From an uncultured archaeon (GTDB taxonomy: Archaea > Thermoplasmatota > Thermoplasmata > Thermoplasmatales > Thermoplasmataceae), in assembly GCA_000965745.1 (NCBI GenBank), contig CP009479.1:2144001-2208000 (forward strand): a stretch of 64,000 nucleotides of DNA, written 5' to 3'. Shown here piece by piece: positions 52,605 to 62,422 of the stretch; position 1 is the first letter of the stretch, and every line of letters begins with the position of its first letter. The notes below the pieces were generated by a model. The model ran no database searches. It saw nothing but the letters and a program-made list of their open reading frames with translations, and was not told where the DNA came from. The position numbers were made by a program, and so were the translations under genes.

Positions 52605-53567
52605 ATGAACAGAATAGGAATAACATTGGGAGACCCTTCCGGAATAGGGCCAGAAATCGTTGCAAAATCGGTACTTTCTGAAGATATGGATGGCTCCGGC
52701 CTGGTGCTGTTAGGGAACCGTGCAAATTTCATAAGTGTGGCAGAGGAGTTGAGCCTGCCACTTGAAAATATTGAAAGTGCCACCTTTGTGGACATTGAAG
52801 CTGGCAGGATTCCAGTAGGCAGAGTGTCCGGAGAATCCGGCAGGGTGGCCAGAGAGAGCATCGAAAAGGCCGTCCAACTGGCGCTTGATGGGAAGATAAA
52901 CGGGATCTGTACAGCACCGGTTAACAAAGAATCTATCCTAATGGCAGGCTCAAAATACAAAGATCATACCGATATGCTGGCTGGCCTGACCGGTTCAACG
53001 GATGTGGTCACCGTTTTTGAGGTTGAAGCCCTGAGGATAATATTCCTCAGCAAACACGTTTCATTAAGGCAGGCGTGCGATCTTGTCAATGAGGAGAATG
53101 TGTACCATTTCATAGAGCTTTCAAAACGCTCTCTGGATTATCTCGGCATATCGCGCAAGAAGATTGCTGTAGCAGCGTTAAATCCGCATGGAGGGGAAAA
53201 TGGCCTTTTTGGAAGAGAGGAGATCGATGAGATTATCCCGGCAATCAAGAGGGCGAAAGCGGAATTTGATGTGGAGGGACCCATTCCTGCGGATTCTGTT
53301 TTCCACCAGGCAGCGTCTGGAAGATATGACATTGTTCTGTCCATGTATCACGATCAGGGCCATATCGCTGCCAAAATGCTCAATTTCTCGAAAACTGTAA
53401 GCATGAATCTGGGGTTGCCGTTCCTGAGGACATCCGTCGATCACGGCACGGCCTTTGACATTGCCGGCAAAGGTATTGCAGACCACACCAGCATGAAAGA
53501 AGCGATCCTCAAGTGCATCAAATATTCTCCTGCATACAGGGAAAAATTGCAGAAAAACGGGAGTTGA
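52605..53567 (+). CDS. pdxA: PdxA-family dehydrogenase
   Basis: GDPSGIGPE, LNPH, MYHDQG, RTSVDHGTAFDIAG. Confidence 0.92.
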   Translation: MNRIGITLGDPSGIGPEIVAKSVLSEDMDGSGLVLLGNRANFISVAEELSLPLENIESATFVDIEAGRIPVGRVSGESGRVARESIEKAVQLALDGKINGICTAPVNKESILMAGSKYKDHTDMLAGLTGSTDVVTVFEVEALRIIFLSKHVSLRQACDLVNEENVYHFIELSKRSLDYLGISRKKIAVAALNPHGGENGLFGREEIDEIIPAIKRAKAEFDVEGPIPADSVFHQAASGRYDIVLSMYHDQGHIAAKMLNFSKTVSMNLGLPFLRTSVDHGTAFDIAGKGIADHTSMKEAILKCIKYSPAYREKLQKNGS

Positions 53568-53640
53568 AACCGGGGAGTTTGCGATATTGGATAGATTCTC
53601 CCATCAGGCAGGCAAAAGCAAAAAAATTGGTCGAGATGAC

Positions 53641-53976
53641 CTAATCCGGCAAATCGACTTCCACAAATCCACCTGATTCCCTAATTTCGTAGGTCTTCAG
53701 GCCAAGTTTCTCCATCGGGGCATTTTTTGCCACATAGGGCGGTTCTATCATTTTCCCGTTTTCCAGCTCGAAGACTGCATCGTGGCACCAGCATTTTACT
53801 GTCTTGTTTTCCTGAACCAAGGTTCCAAGTATGCATCTGGCGTGTGAACATACTCCATCCATTGCATACAGTTTTCCGTCAGAGTGCGCTATAAAAACTA
53901 CTTTGTCGCCCACCTGCACGGAGGTGTTTCCAGCTTTCTCAAGAGCCTTGAGGGTAATTGTTTTCTTCCAGGCCAT
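53641..53976 (-). CDS. Soluble Rieske-type ferredoxin, sulredoxin-like
   Basis: CSH..CWCH ligands; WKKTI..KALEKA and EPPYVA..AP.EKLGLKTY resemble Sulfolobales sulredoxin. Confidence 0.85.
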   Translation of the reverse strand: MAWKKTITLKALEKAGNTSVQVGDKVVFIAHSDGKLYAMDGVCSHARCILGTLVQENKTVKCWCHDAVFELENGKMIEPPYVAKNAPMEKLGLKTYEIRESGGFVEVDLPD

Positions 53977-54164
53977 ATAGCATCCAATTCTATCGATTCA
54001 AGTCATATATTAATCATTTATGATCTGTTTGGCTAACCGTGGGTATAGATTAATTTGTCCTGGATTCCCCCCGTATGATCTTGGAATCTGCTTTCCCTTG
54101 GCTAGTTAAAGGCAACTTTATTGCTGGATTCATGCATAACAGTGATCCTGTCCTGGATTCCCGT

Positions 54165-54479
54165 TTACTCCACAAGAAGGGTGTTTGAAATCACGTCCCT
54201 GATAACGACCGTATCTCCTTTTTCAGCGTAGTTTGAGCCGATCACTCTTGCCTTCCAAATCTGCGAGTCGAACTTCACCTCGATGTAACCCTGCTTTACG
54301 AGTGTAACGGTTGCACTCTTCCCGATCATGGCTTCCCTGCCGGTAAGGGGATTCAGGCCGAACGGGTACCAGACAAACAGCCTTTGGACCCATACACCCA
54401 ATGCAAAGCCGCCCACTATGGATAGTGAAATAAACAGGACAAGAACATATTCCGAGATAATCACGACTGCCACTTCCAT
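54165..54479 (-). CDS. Short NfeD-like protein (TM plus OB fold)
   Basis: TGREAMIGK..IWKA..GDTVVI. Confidence 0.8.
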   Translation of the reverse strand: MEVAVVIISEYVLVLFISLSIVGGFALGVWVQRLFVWYPFGLNPLTGREAMIGKSATVTLVKQGYIEVKFDSQIWKARVIGSNYAEKGDTVVIRDVISNTLLVE

Positions 54480-55038
54480 TCACCTTCAGGCATAGTTTGA
54501 ACATACGGGAAGATTAAAGGGTTATGCTTCCAGGGAAGGAGATAAGATTTTCACATGTTGAGGAGACAAGAAGCTCCTTTCTTCTCCTTGCCCTCCTTTC
54601 CCGTATAATGCCGATGATCAGTGTAGGTACGCCGGAAAACATCATCGTGTCACCTGATATACCATCCGACACGAACGTGGCAGTGAGTTGTTCCCATCTA
54701 TATCACTGTCCAGATTGTAAAGAGGAGTTTCCGAGTAAGAGAATCACCGTTCATTTCACAAGAAACAATCATATCCGTACTTTCAGGCTTATTTCCGGAT
54801 TGACAGTATATGGGGAATCGCCGAAGATTTTGGTCTGAAACCTTACCTGTGGAAAAAAAAGGATTATGCATGTTGGTATGAGTAATCGTACACATGTCCT
54901 AGTGGTTCGTGCAGACGAAGGATAAAGGCAGTACACTATAAAGGGATAGATTTTCCTTGGAAGGCATACAGATTCGGAATTTAGCGATCTATTGGGTTAA
55001 ATCAACGAGTCTGGAAGAGAAAGGTGCCGTTGTATTCC

Positions 55039-55353
55039 TCAAGAGGCACGCTTCTTGGTGGCCGCCCCAACTATCGTGAGGATAAGTCCAATAACTGCGA
55101 GAACGGCCGTTATCGCAAGGAATATTTCTGCGGTTGTCAATGCAGCATCAGGAGATTGCGAAGAATTCAACGACATTAGACCCAATGAGTTCAACAAGTG
55201 ATAGCCAAGATTGTTATTGATTGCAGCATATTCACCAAAAAAGAGACTAAAACCTGCCGAGTTTATAACAGAAAGTAGCGCCTCATACAAAGTATAGAAC
55301 TGATAGGCCAGAAATCCGCCAACTATCAGTAAAAACATTCCAACACCAAACAT
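55039..55353 (-). CDS. Hypothetical two-TM membrane protein
   Basis: GGGAGG RBS, two hydrophobic helices, basic tail. Confidence 0.65.
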   Translation of the reverse strand: MFGVGMFLLIVGGFLAYQFYTLYEALLSVINSAGFSLFFGEYAAINNNLGYHLLNSLGLMSLNSSQSPDAALTTAEIFLAITAVLAVIGLILTIVGAATKKRAS

Positions 55354-55459
55354 TCCTCCCCTAATATGATCTCCCCCGTTCTTATAATTAACACAAAGGT
55401 TCTGTATTTAAATGTTACTTAAAGAGATCAAATACGACAATTTTCATGTTCTATGAGAA

Positions 55460-55533
55460 AGCCGCCGACGGGATTCGATCCCGCGGCCTCGTGCTTACCA
55501 AGCACGCGCTCTACCAGGCTGAGCTACGGCGGC
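55460..55533 (-). tRNA. tRNA-Thr(GGT)
   Basis: Acceptor GCCGCCG/CGGCGGC, anticodon arm CGTGC-TT-GGT-AA-GCACG, T-loop ATCGAAT. Confidence 0.95.
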
Positions 55534-55655
55534 ATTATGCATGGGATAACCCTTCTCTATAAATAATTTCCACGCCTGATTAAGTTGGGCGCCCTTTTAC
55601 TCATTTTCTGATGACATACAAAATTCTATTAATCTTCAGCAACATAGGTGGATGG

Positions 55656-57761
55656 ATGCTTTCTCCCAACGAAATTGAAGTGGATACGGTCAGGGCCCTG
55701 TGGGAAGGGTTCTTTGACCAGTTCGAGTACAGGGACAGGATCAATAAGTTGAGTGAATTGTATCCTGATGAAAAGTCGCTCTACATCTCCTTCAGGGAGA
55801 TAACAGACTACAATAATGAGTTTTCAAGCAATCTGATAGAATATCCTGAGATTTACCTTTCGATCGGGGAATCCGTGATCAGAGAAGACATTTACCCTGC
55901 ACGAATCAATGACTCAAGAAGGGTTAACATAAGGCTTCTTGAAGTGCCAGAGCAGGATGTCCAGTATGAAATAAGGAACATACGGAGCCAGAATGTCGGG
56001 AAGCTCATAAGTGTCAGCGGGATTATAAGAAAGAACACGGAAGTTCTCCCCCGGCTTCAGATTGCAGCTTTTGTGTGCAGTGCATGTGGCGAGATCAACA
56101 ACGTACCACAGGACAGGGGCAGGCTTGACGAGCCCTCAAGGTGCCAGCATTGCGATACTGAGAAGCCCAAGACAAGGTTCAAGCTCGACACTTCTGAGTC
56201 CGAGTTTGTTGATGTCCAGAAGATAGAAATTCAGGAGAATCCTGAAACGCTTGACGGCGGAGCCCAACCCCAGAGGATAACTGTGATTCTTGAAGATGAT
56301 ATTACGGGGAGGATATTCCCGGGTGACAGGGTCACTATTTACGGAGTCCTCAAAGCTGAGCAGAAGAGGGCTGGAGCTGTGCCTCTCACCGAATTCAACA
56401 TTTATGTTTACTGCGTCAACTTCAAGAAGGACAGCAAGGAAGTCGAAAGCGTAAAGGTCACGCAGGAAGATGAAAAAACAATAATTGAGCTCTCCAAGCA
56501 ACCGGAGATAATTGAGAAATTAGCCCGTTCCATAGCGCCAACGATATATGGAATGGAAATGGTAAAAACAAGCCTTGTTCTGCAGATGTTCGGAGGGATC
56601 AGGAAAACAATGAAAGACGGGACTACCATGAGGGGAGACATACACATTCTCATGGTTGGTGACCCGGGAACAGCCAAATCTCAATTGCTCAAATATATGG
56701 CTGAAGTTTCACCCAGAGGTGTTTTCGCATTCGGAAGAGGTTCCAGCGCAGCAGGCCTGACCGCGGCTGCAGTCAGGGATGATTTTGGAGAAGGCAGGTG
56801 GACTCTTGAAGCAGGAGCCCTTGTCCTTGCAGATAATGGATTTGCCGCCATTGACGAACTGGACAAGATGGATGAGCGGGATACGGCAGCGATGCATGAG
56901 GCCATGGAACAGCAAACGGTAACAATTTCCAAGGCGGGAATTATGGCCACACTGAAATCCAGATGTTCGATACTAGGTGCAGCCAACCCCAAATTCGGGA
57001 GATATGACCAGAACAGGCCCATTGTAGACCAGATTGATTTTCCGCCCCCTTTAATCTCAAGGTTTGATGTTATATTCAAGATCATTGACCAGCCCAGCAG
57101 GGAAAAAGACGAAAAGCTTGCATTGCACATACTTGCTGCCCACAAAGTGGGTGAAATATACAAGAGCCTTGAGAGCAGCAAGATTGAGGATATCGAGGTC
57201 GAGGAGGAGAAGGGAATGGTCCCTCCCGTTGATAAGGAGACCCTGAGGAAATATGTCTCGTATGCAAGGTCAAAGGTATTTCCGAGGCTTTCAGAGGAAG
57301 CTATAGAGATCCTGAAGGACGAATACGTCAATACCAGAAACGCAGGTGGAGAGTCAATTCCAATTACTGCAAGGCAGCTCGAATCTACAATCAGGCTTGC
57401 AGAAGCAGCAGCCAAGGCAAGGCTTTCCCCCATTGTCACTCCGAAGGATGCATTGCTGGCCAAGGCTGTTGTTGATTTCTATCTGAAAGACGTCTCCATG
57501 AACAATGGCGTCGTTGATATCGACATACTCCTTACAGGCATGAGCTCCGGGCAGAGGAACGAAGTTGAAACCGTCCACGATATAATCAGGGACATGAAGA
57601 GGGAAAACAAGAGAGCCCCAACAGTCCAATCAGTTATTGAAACTGCGGTTAGCAGGGGCATATCCAAGGAGAGGGTCACCACAATCATAAACAATATGAA
57701 GAAGAATGGAATGATATACTCCCCCAACGACAGGACAGTTGACCTGGTAAGCCGTGATTAG
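55656..57761 (+). CDS. mcm: Replicative helicase MCM
   Basis: C4 zinc finger, GDPGTAKS, IDELDKM, SRFD arginine finger, ITARQLE; ATG 55656 after AGGTGG. Confidence 0.97.
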   Translation: MLSPNEIEVDTVRALWEGFFDQFEYRDRINKLSELYPDEKSLYISFREITDYNNEFSSNLIEYPEIYLSIGESVIREDIYPARINDSRRVNIRLLEVPEQDVQYEIRNIRSQNVGKLISVSGIIRKNTEVLPRLQIAAFVCSACGEINNVPQDRGRLDEPSRCQHCDTEKPKTRFKLDTSESEFVDVQKIEIQENPETLDGGAQPQRITVILEDDITGRIFPGDRVTIYGVLKAEQKRAGAVPLTEFNIYVYCVNFKKDSKEVESVKVTQEDEKTIIELSKQPEIIEKLARSIAPTIYGMEMVKTSLVLQMFGGIRKTMKDGTTMRGDIHILMVGDPGTAKSQLLKYMAEVSPRGVFAFGRGSSAAGLTAAAVRDDFGEGRWTLEAGALVLADNGFAAIDELDKMDERDTAAMHEAMEQQTVTISKAGIMATLKSRCSILGAANPKFGRYDQNRPIVDQIDFPPPLISRFDVIFKIIDQPSREKDEKLALHILAAHKVGEIYKSLESSKIEDIEVEEEKGMVPPVDKETLRKYVSYARSKVFPRLSEEAIEILKDEYVNTRNAGGESIPITARQLESTIRLAEAAAKARLSPIVTPKDALLAKAVVDFYLKDVSMNNGVVDIDILLTGMSSGQRNEVETVHDIIRDMKRENKRAPTVQSVIETAVSRGISKERVTTIINNMKKNGMIYSPNDRTVDLVSRD

Positions 57762-58070
57762 ATGACAGACAGAATAAACATGAACCTCATAAACACACAG
57801 GGAGAGACTCTTCTGGCAGCAGCCGATTCAAATCTTCTGGGAAGGGAGCTGAGGGAAGGGATACTTCATCTTAAAGTCATAAGGGAATTCTACGGAGACG
57901 TGATTGTATCCAGGGATACTTTCATATCATCTCTCAGGATGTGCACCATTGCAAACCTTGTTGGTGAGAAAGTAGTGAAGATAGCAATAATGGAAGGCTT
58001 TGTAGATGAGGAAAACATCATCTACATAGAAGGTGTTCCTCACGCACAGTTCGCCACTTTGCAGGAGTAG
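57762..58070 (+). CDS. DUF424 family protein
   Basis: LLAAADSNLLG, FYG, IANLVG, GVPHAQ. Confidence 0.88.
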   Translation: MTDRINMNLINTQGETLLAAADSNLLGRELREGILHLKVIREFYGDVIVSRDTFISSLRMCTIANLVGEKVVKIAIMEGFVDEENIIYIEGVPHAQFATLQE

Positions 58071-58093
58071 CAGCATTCCTTCCGGAGTGTGCC

Positions 58094-58771
58094 ATGGTTG
58101 AGAAAGAAGTTCATGTCAGGGGTGTTTTCGAGGCCATTCAGGACAAGTATGACCTTCTGGATTCCATCATAAGCTTTGGAATGGACCAGCCGTGGAGGAA
58201 AAAGGTACTCATGCTCATGGGGCTGCAGCCCGGCATGACTGTGCTTGATTCAGGTGCCGGCACCGGCAAGCTCACCAAAATGATTAGAAACAGCTGCGGC
58301 AACTGCAAGGTCATATCGCTTGACATAACCGAGAAGATGTTCCGCCCGTCGCTGCTGTCCGGTGTTGAGTTTGTAGTCGGGTCCGCGGAAGATATGCCAA
58401 TTGAGTCTTCATCCGTCGACAGGGCCGCCTCATGTTTCCTGACAAGGAACCTTTCAAGCGTTGACAGCTATCTCGATCAGCTGAACCGTGTTCTCAAGCC
58501 TGGCGGAATTTTCGTGAACCTTGACATATACCCTCCGGAAAACCCTGTTTTCAGCAGGCTTTTCGGCTTCTACTTCTACAGGATAGTCCCGAGGATCGGG
58601 GACAGGGCAACAAATTCAGATTCCTACAGCTATCTGGCCGATTCTGTCAGGAATTTCATCTCCCCGGAGCAGATGGGGGCAAAGATCAGGAATCACGGCT
58701 TCGAGCTGGTTGAGCAGAAGGTAATGGCCCTTGGGACGGTAGCAATACACGCCGGTAAGAAAGTACAGTAA
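58094..58771 (+). CDS. menG: UbiE/MenG-family quinone methyltransferase
   Basis: YDLLDSIISFGMDQPWR, LDSGAGTG, YSYLADSV..F. Confidence 0.8.
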   Translation: MVEKEVHVRGVFEAIQDKYDLLDSIISFGMDQPWRKKVLMLMGLQPGMTVLDSGAGTGKLTKMIRNSCGNCKVISLDITEKMFRPSLLSGVEFVVGSAEDMPIESSSVDRAASCFLTRNLSSVDSYLDQLNRVLKPGGIFVNLDIYPPENPVFSRLFGFYFYRIVPRIGDRATNSDSYSYLADSVRNFISPEQMGAKIRNHGFELVEQKVMALGTVAIHAGKKVQ

Positions 58772-58831
58772 AATAACTATACATAGATAATTAGCATTAA
58801 TGCTTAAATAATATACATATCTTCAGAGGTT

Positions 58832-60082
58832 ATGATCACCTCACAGGCTGAGGACGTAATTCCAGACTCGTGGTACAACATTGTTCCCGATCTTCCTGAA
58901 CAACTGGCTCCTCCAAGGGATAACACGGAGGATTTTTCCTCGATTGAGCTTCTGAACAGGATAATTCCCAAGGAGGTTCTCCGCCAGGAGTTCACGTTCA
59001 AGAAGTTCCAGAAGATTCCCGAGGAAGTCGCCGAGGCATACAGGCAGATAGGCAGGCCAACACCCCTTGTAAGGGCCAGAAACCTGGAGAAATTCCTTGG
59101 GTACAAGGGGAAGATTTTCTTCAAGTATGAGGGGGCAACAGTTACCGGTTCCCACAAGATCAACACGGCAATACCCCAGGCTTACTATGCGGCCCAGGAG
59201 GGCGTAAACGGCATTGTCACTGAAACCGGCGCGGGACAGTGGGGAACTGCCACTGCGCTGGCATCTTCCCTTTACGGCATGCCAAGCAAGGTTTTCATGG
59301 TGGGCATAAGCTACAGGCAGAAGCCACTGAGAAAGAAGATAATGGGAATATACGGTGCGCAGGTTTTTGCCAGCCCCTCCAGCGAAACGAAGTTCGGGAG
59401 GGAAATGCTGGGGAAGGACCCGGACCATCCCGGCTCTCTGGGCATAGCAATCAGCGAAGCCGTGGAATATGCGCTGGAGAATGATTACAGATACCTTCTG
59501 GGAAGCGTCATGAATTCAGTTCTGACCCACCAGAGCATTATAGGGCTCGAGACGAAAAAGCAGCTGGAGGTGCTTGGAGAATACCCGGATGCACTCATAG
59601 GCTGCGTTGGGGGAGGGAGCAATTTCGGCGGCTTTACCTACCCATTCATCCCTGACAGCAGGGAAATTGACATGATTGCCTCAACAGCTTCTGAAGTACC
59701 CAAATTCGGCAAGGGCGAGTTCAAGTATGATTTGCTCGACACCGCGGGAATCCTTCCTTCAATGAAGATGTATTCACTCGGCGCTGACTTCGTGCCTCCG
59801 CCAATTTATGCTGGCGGACTAAGGTACCATGCTGCGGCACCAAGCCTTTCACTTCTCATGCAGAAGGGCAAAATCAAGCATGACGAAGCCGATGAGCCAG
59901 CGGTGAAGGATGCTCTTAGGGTATTCTCGAAAACTCAGGGAATAGTGGCGGCCCCTGAGTCAGGACATGCCATAGCTTCTGCAATAAAATACGCGAAGGA
60001 GAGTTCGAATTCAGGAAAAACCATCGTCCTGAACGTGAGCGGCCATGGGCTCCTTGATCTCTCCATTTTCAAGGATGATTAA
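58832..60082 (+). CDS. trpB: Tryptophan synthase beta chain, TrpB2 type
   Basis: WYNIVPDLP, TGSHKINTA PLP Lys, ETGAGQWG, GGLRYH. Confidence 0.95.
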   Translation: MITSQAEDVIPDSWYNIVPDLPEQLAPPRDNTEDFSSIELLNRIIPKEVLRQEFTFKKFQKIPEEVAEAYRQIGRPTPLVRARNLEKFLGYKGKIFFKYEGATVTGSHKINTAIPQAYYAAQEGVNGIVTETGAGQWGTATALASSLYGMPSKVFMVGISYRQKPLRKKIMGIYGAQVFASPSSETKFGREMLGKDPDHPGSLGIAISEAVEYALENDYRYLLGSVMNSVLTHQSIIGLETKKQLEVLGEYPDALIGCVGGGSNFGGFTYPFIPDSREIDMIASTASEVPKFGKGEFKYDLLDTAGILPSMKMYSLGADFVPPPIYAGGLRYHAAAPSLSLLMQKGKIKHDEADEPAVKDALRVFSKTQGIVAAPESGHAIASAIKYAKESSNSGKTIVLNVSGHGLLDLSIFKDD

Positions 60083-60083
60083 G

Positions 60084-60824
60084 ATGAGGAAGAACCTGAT
60101 ACTCTACTTCACACTGGGATTTCCGGATCAGGGTACCCTGGAATCTTTCTCCAGAAGAATATCGCAGGATGAGGTGGATTACGTCGAGTTTGGTTTTCCA
60201 TCCGGAAACCCTGTGTACGACGGACCAAAGATAAGAGGTACTCATAAAACAGCCATGAGCAACTACAGGCCTGAGGACGGGGAGAAGCTCTTCAGGGACC
60301 TCCTTGGGAAAGGCATAAAGCTGTACTCCCTCACCTACTACAGGGACATTCGGGACGACGGTGGCAAATTCCTGTCATACCTCAAGCGGGAAGGGTTCAG
60401 CGGAATCATTGTCCCTGACCTTCTCGTGGACTACTCGGATTCAGCCTTTTCAGCCATAGGGAGGATCCATGAAGCAGGGCTCGATTTCATACCCTTCTTC
60501 AACCCGTCGACGCCTGACAGAATCATAAAGGAAATATCGTCAAAGACTGGTTCATGGATATACTATGGCCTTCAGCCCTCAACCGGTATAAATGTGCCAT
60601 TCGACACGGGAGAGGTTGCGGAAAGGATCAATGAACTTGTTCCCGGGAGGGAGATAAATTTCGGGTTCGGGATAAGAAACAACGACCAGGTGAGGGAACT
60701 GGTCAGCTACGGTGCAAGCGGTGTAGCCATTGGAACTGCCCTCATAGAAATGCTCTCTTCAGGGGATGAAGAGGCCTTTTACAGTTACCTGAAGGAGATG
60801 AGAGGTGTGCTTGATGGAAAGTGA
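60084..60824 (+). CDS. trpA: Tryptophan synthase alpha chain
   Basis: EFGFP..PVYDGP, GFGI, GVAIGT; alternative start 60075. Confidence 0.92.
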   Translation: MRKNLILYFTLGFPDQGTLESFSRRISQDEVDYVEFGFPSGNPVYDGPKIRGTHKTAMSNYRPEDGEKLFRDLLGKGIKLYSLTYYRDIRDDGGKFLSYLKREGFSGIIVPDLLVDYSDSAFSAIGRIHEAGLDFIPFFNPSTPDRIIKEISSKTGSWIYYGLQPSTGINVPFDTGEVAERINELVPGREINFGFGIRNNDQVRELVSYGASGVAIGTALIEMLSSGDEEAFYSYLKEMRGVLDGK

Positions 60825-61830
60825 TAGATACATACTGAAGCTGATCAACGGGGAATCGCTCAAAAGAAAGGATGCGGAGTCCCTTATGAACTGCCTTGTC
60901 TCTTCTGAAACGTCGGATATCAGGAGGGCGGCTTTCCTGACCGGGCTTCACTTCAAGGGAGCGACAACCGAAGAGATAATCGGTTTTTCTGAGTCCCTCA
61001 GAAGCCATTCGATCGCATCCAGGATCCCTGGGCTGACTGATATAGTCGGGACGGGCGGAGACGGAAAGAACACAATAAATGTCAGTACCGGAGCCTCCAT
61101 TGCTTCGTCTGCGCTTGGGATAAAGATAGCAAAGCATGGAAACGTGGGGATTACAAGCAGGCATGGAAGCGCGGATTTCATGAAATACATAGGGTACAAC
61201 TTTGAAAGGGGAGTAAGCGACCCGGAAGGTGCACTGAATCAGAACAGTTTCCTTTATGTGTTCGCACCAAGGTTCAACAACAGCTTCGCGAGTTTCGCGG
61301 ATGTGAGGAAGAAGATCGGCCACAGGACAATTTTCAACATCATGGGCCCGATCACGAACCCTTTTGATCCCGACAGACTTGTGATCGGGACTGCAGACGA
61401 GAAAACATCCGAATCCTATGCTCAAGTATTGAAAGTAAGAGGAAAGAGGGGATATGTGTTTCATTCAGCTGACGGACTGGACGAGATCTCCCCCTCTGCC
61501 GAAACAGCGGGGTTTCTTATAAGTGGAGGCGTCAGGAGTGTCACCATAGTCCCTGAAGACATAACAGGCAGGGGCATTGACCTGAAAAATGTCACAACGC
61601 AGGATCCTGAAGAATGCTTCACAAAGACGCTGAAAGGACTTCTCGGAAGGGACAGGGACGCCTCATCATTCATAGCGCTTAACGCAGCACCTGCCCTTGT
61701 CCTGAATGGGGTTGCCGGAAGCATTGAAGACGGTTATCAAGCGGCAATGAATGCCATCGGGGAAGGGACAGTGGAGAAGCAGATCAGAAAGCTTGCAGCC
61801 GGAGAGGCGGAACTGAATGAAGCTTCGTGA
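60814..61830 (+). CDS. trpD: Anthranilate phosphoribosyltransferase
   Basis: GTGGDG..TINVST, KHGN, GLDE. Confidence 0.95.
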   Translation: MESDRYILKLINGESLKRKDAESLMNCLVSSETSDIRRAAFLTGLHFKGATTEEIIGFSESLRSHSIASRIPGLTDIVGTGGDGKNTINVSTGASIASSALGIKIAKHGNVGITSRHGSADFMKYIGYNFERGVSDPEGALNQNSFLYVFAPRFNNSFASFADVRKKIGHRTIFNIMGPITNPFDPDRLVIGTADEKTSESYAQVLKVRGKRGYVFHSADGLDEISPSAETAGFLISGGVRSVTIVPEDITGRGIDLKNVTTQDPEECFTKTLKGLLGRDRDASSFIALNAAPALVLNGVAGSIEDGYQAAMNAIGEGTVEKQIRKLAAGEAELNEAS

Positions 61831-62422
61831 GGGCATGCTTGTAAAGGTCTGCGGTGTGGCAAACATCGATGATGCAGTTTTTGCAAGCCGCTTGGGGGCC
61901 GACATCATAGGCGTGGTTCTTGACCCTACAATTCCAAGGCATGGCGACACTGATCTGGTGACCGACATCCACAGGTCGGGAATCAGGGTTGCCGGTGTGT
62001 ACACGTCGCTGGAATCTGCACTTGGCAGAAATCTCGACGAGGATCTGATACAGCTTCATTTCCCCCATGACGGTGAAACTGTGGAGTATGTGAAGAATGA
62101 GACCGGCAAAGAAGTGATCTCGGTGATACAGTATTCTGAAACGAATGGGCTGTCAGACGAGGCGAGGGCCCGATATTCTGCCGGTGCGGACATAGTGCTT
62201 ATAGAGAACAGGAACGGAATGATAACGACGCTTGACCGGATAGCTGAGATCCAGAAGATCGTGCGCACTGGAATTTCAGGGAGGATCAGCCCGGGAAATG
62301 CACTGGAATTCGCAAGAATAAACCCCCTGATGATAGACCTGAGCAGTTCACTGGAACTCTATCCTGGAAAGAAGGACCCATCGCTGGTTTCGGAACTTTT
62401 CAGGAACCTGGAGGTCGCATAG
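61817..62422 (+). CDS. trpF: Phosphoribosylanthranilate isomerase
   Basis: VKVCG, QLH, DLSSSLE..PGKKD. Confidence 0.9.
   Translation: MKLREGMLVKVCGVANIDDAVFASRLGADIIGVVLDPTIPRHGDTDLVTDIHRSGIRVAGVYTSLESALGRNLDEDLIQLHFPHDGETVEYVKNETGKEVISVIQYSETNGLSDEARARYSAGADIVLIENRNGMITTLDRIAEIQKIVRTGISGRISPGNALEFARINPLMIDLSSSLELYPGKKDPSLVSELFRNLEVA

Noticed and set aside
58832-60082. TrpB2 rather than TrpB1 in the trp operon as a novelty
   Set aside because: Already known for Thermoplasmatales and Sulfolobales
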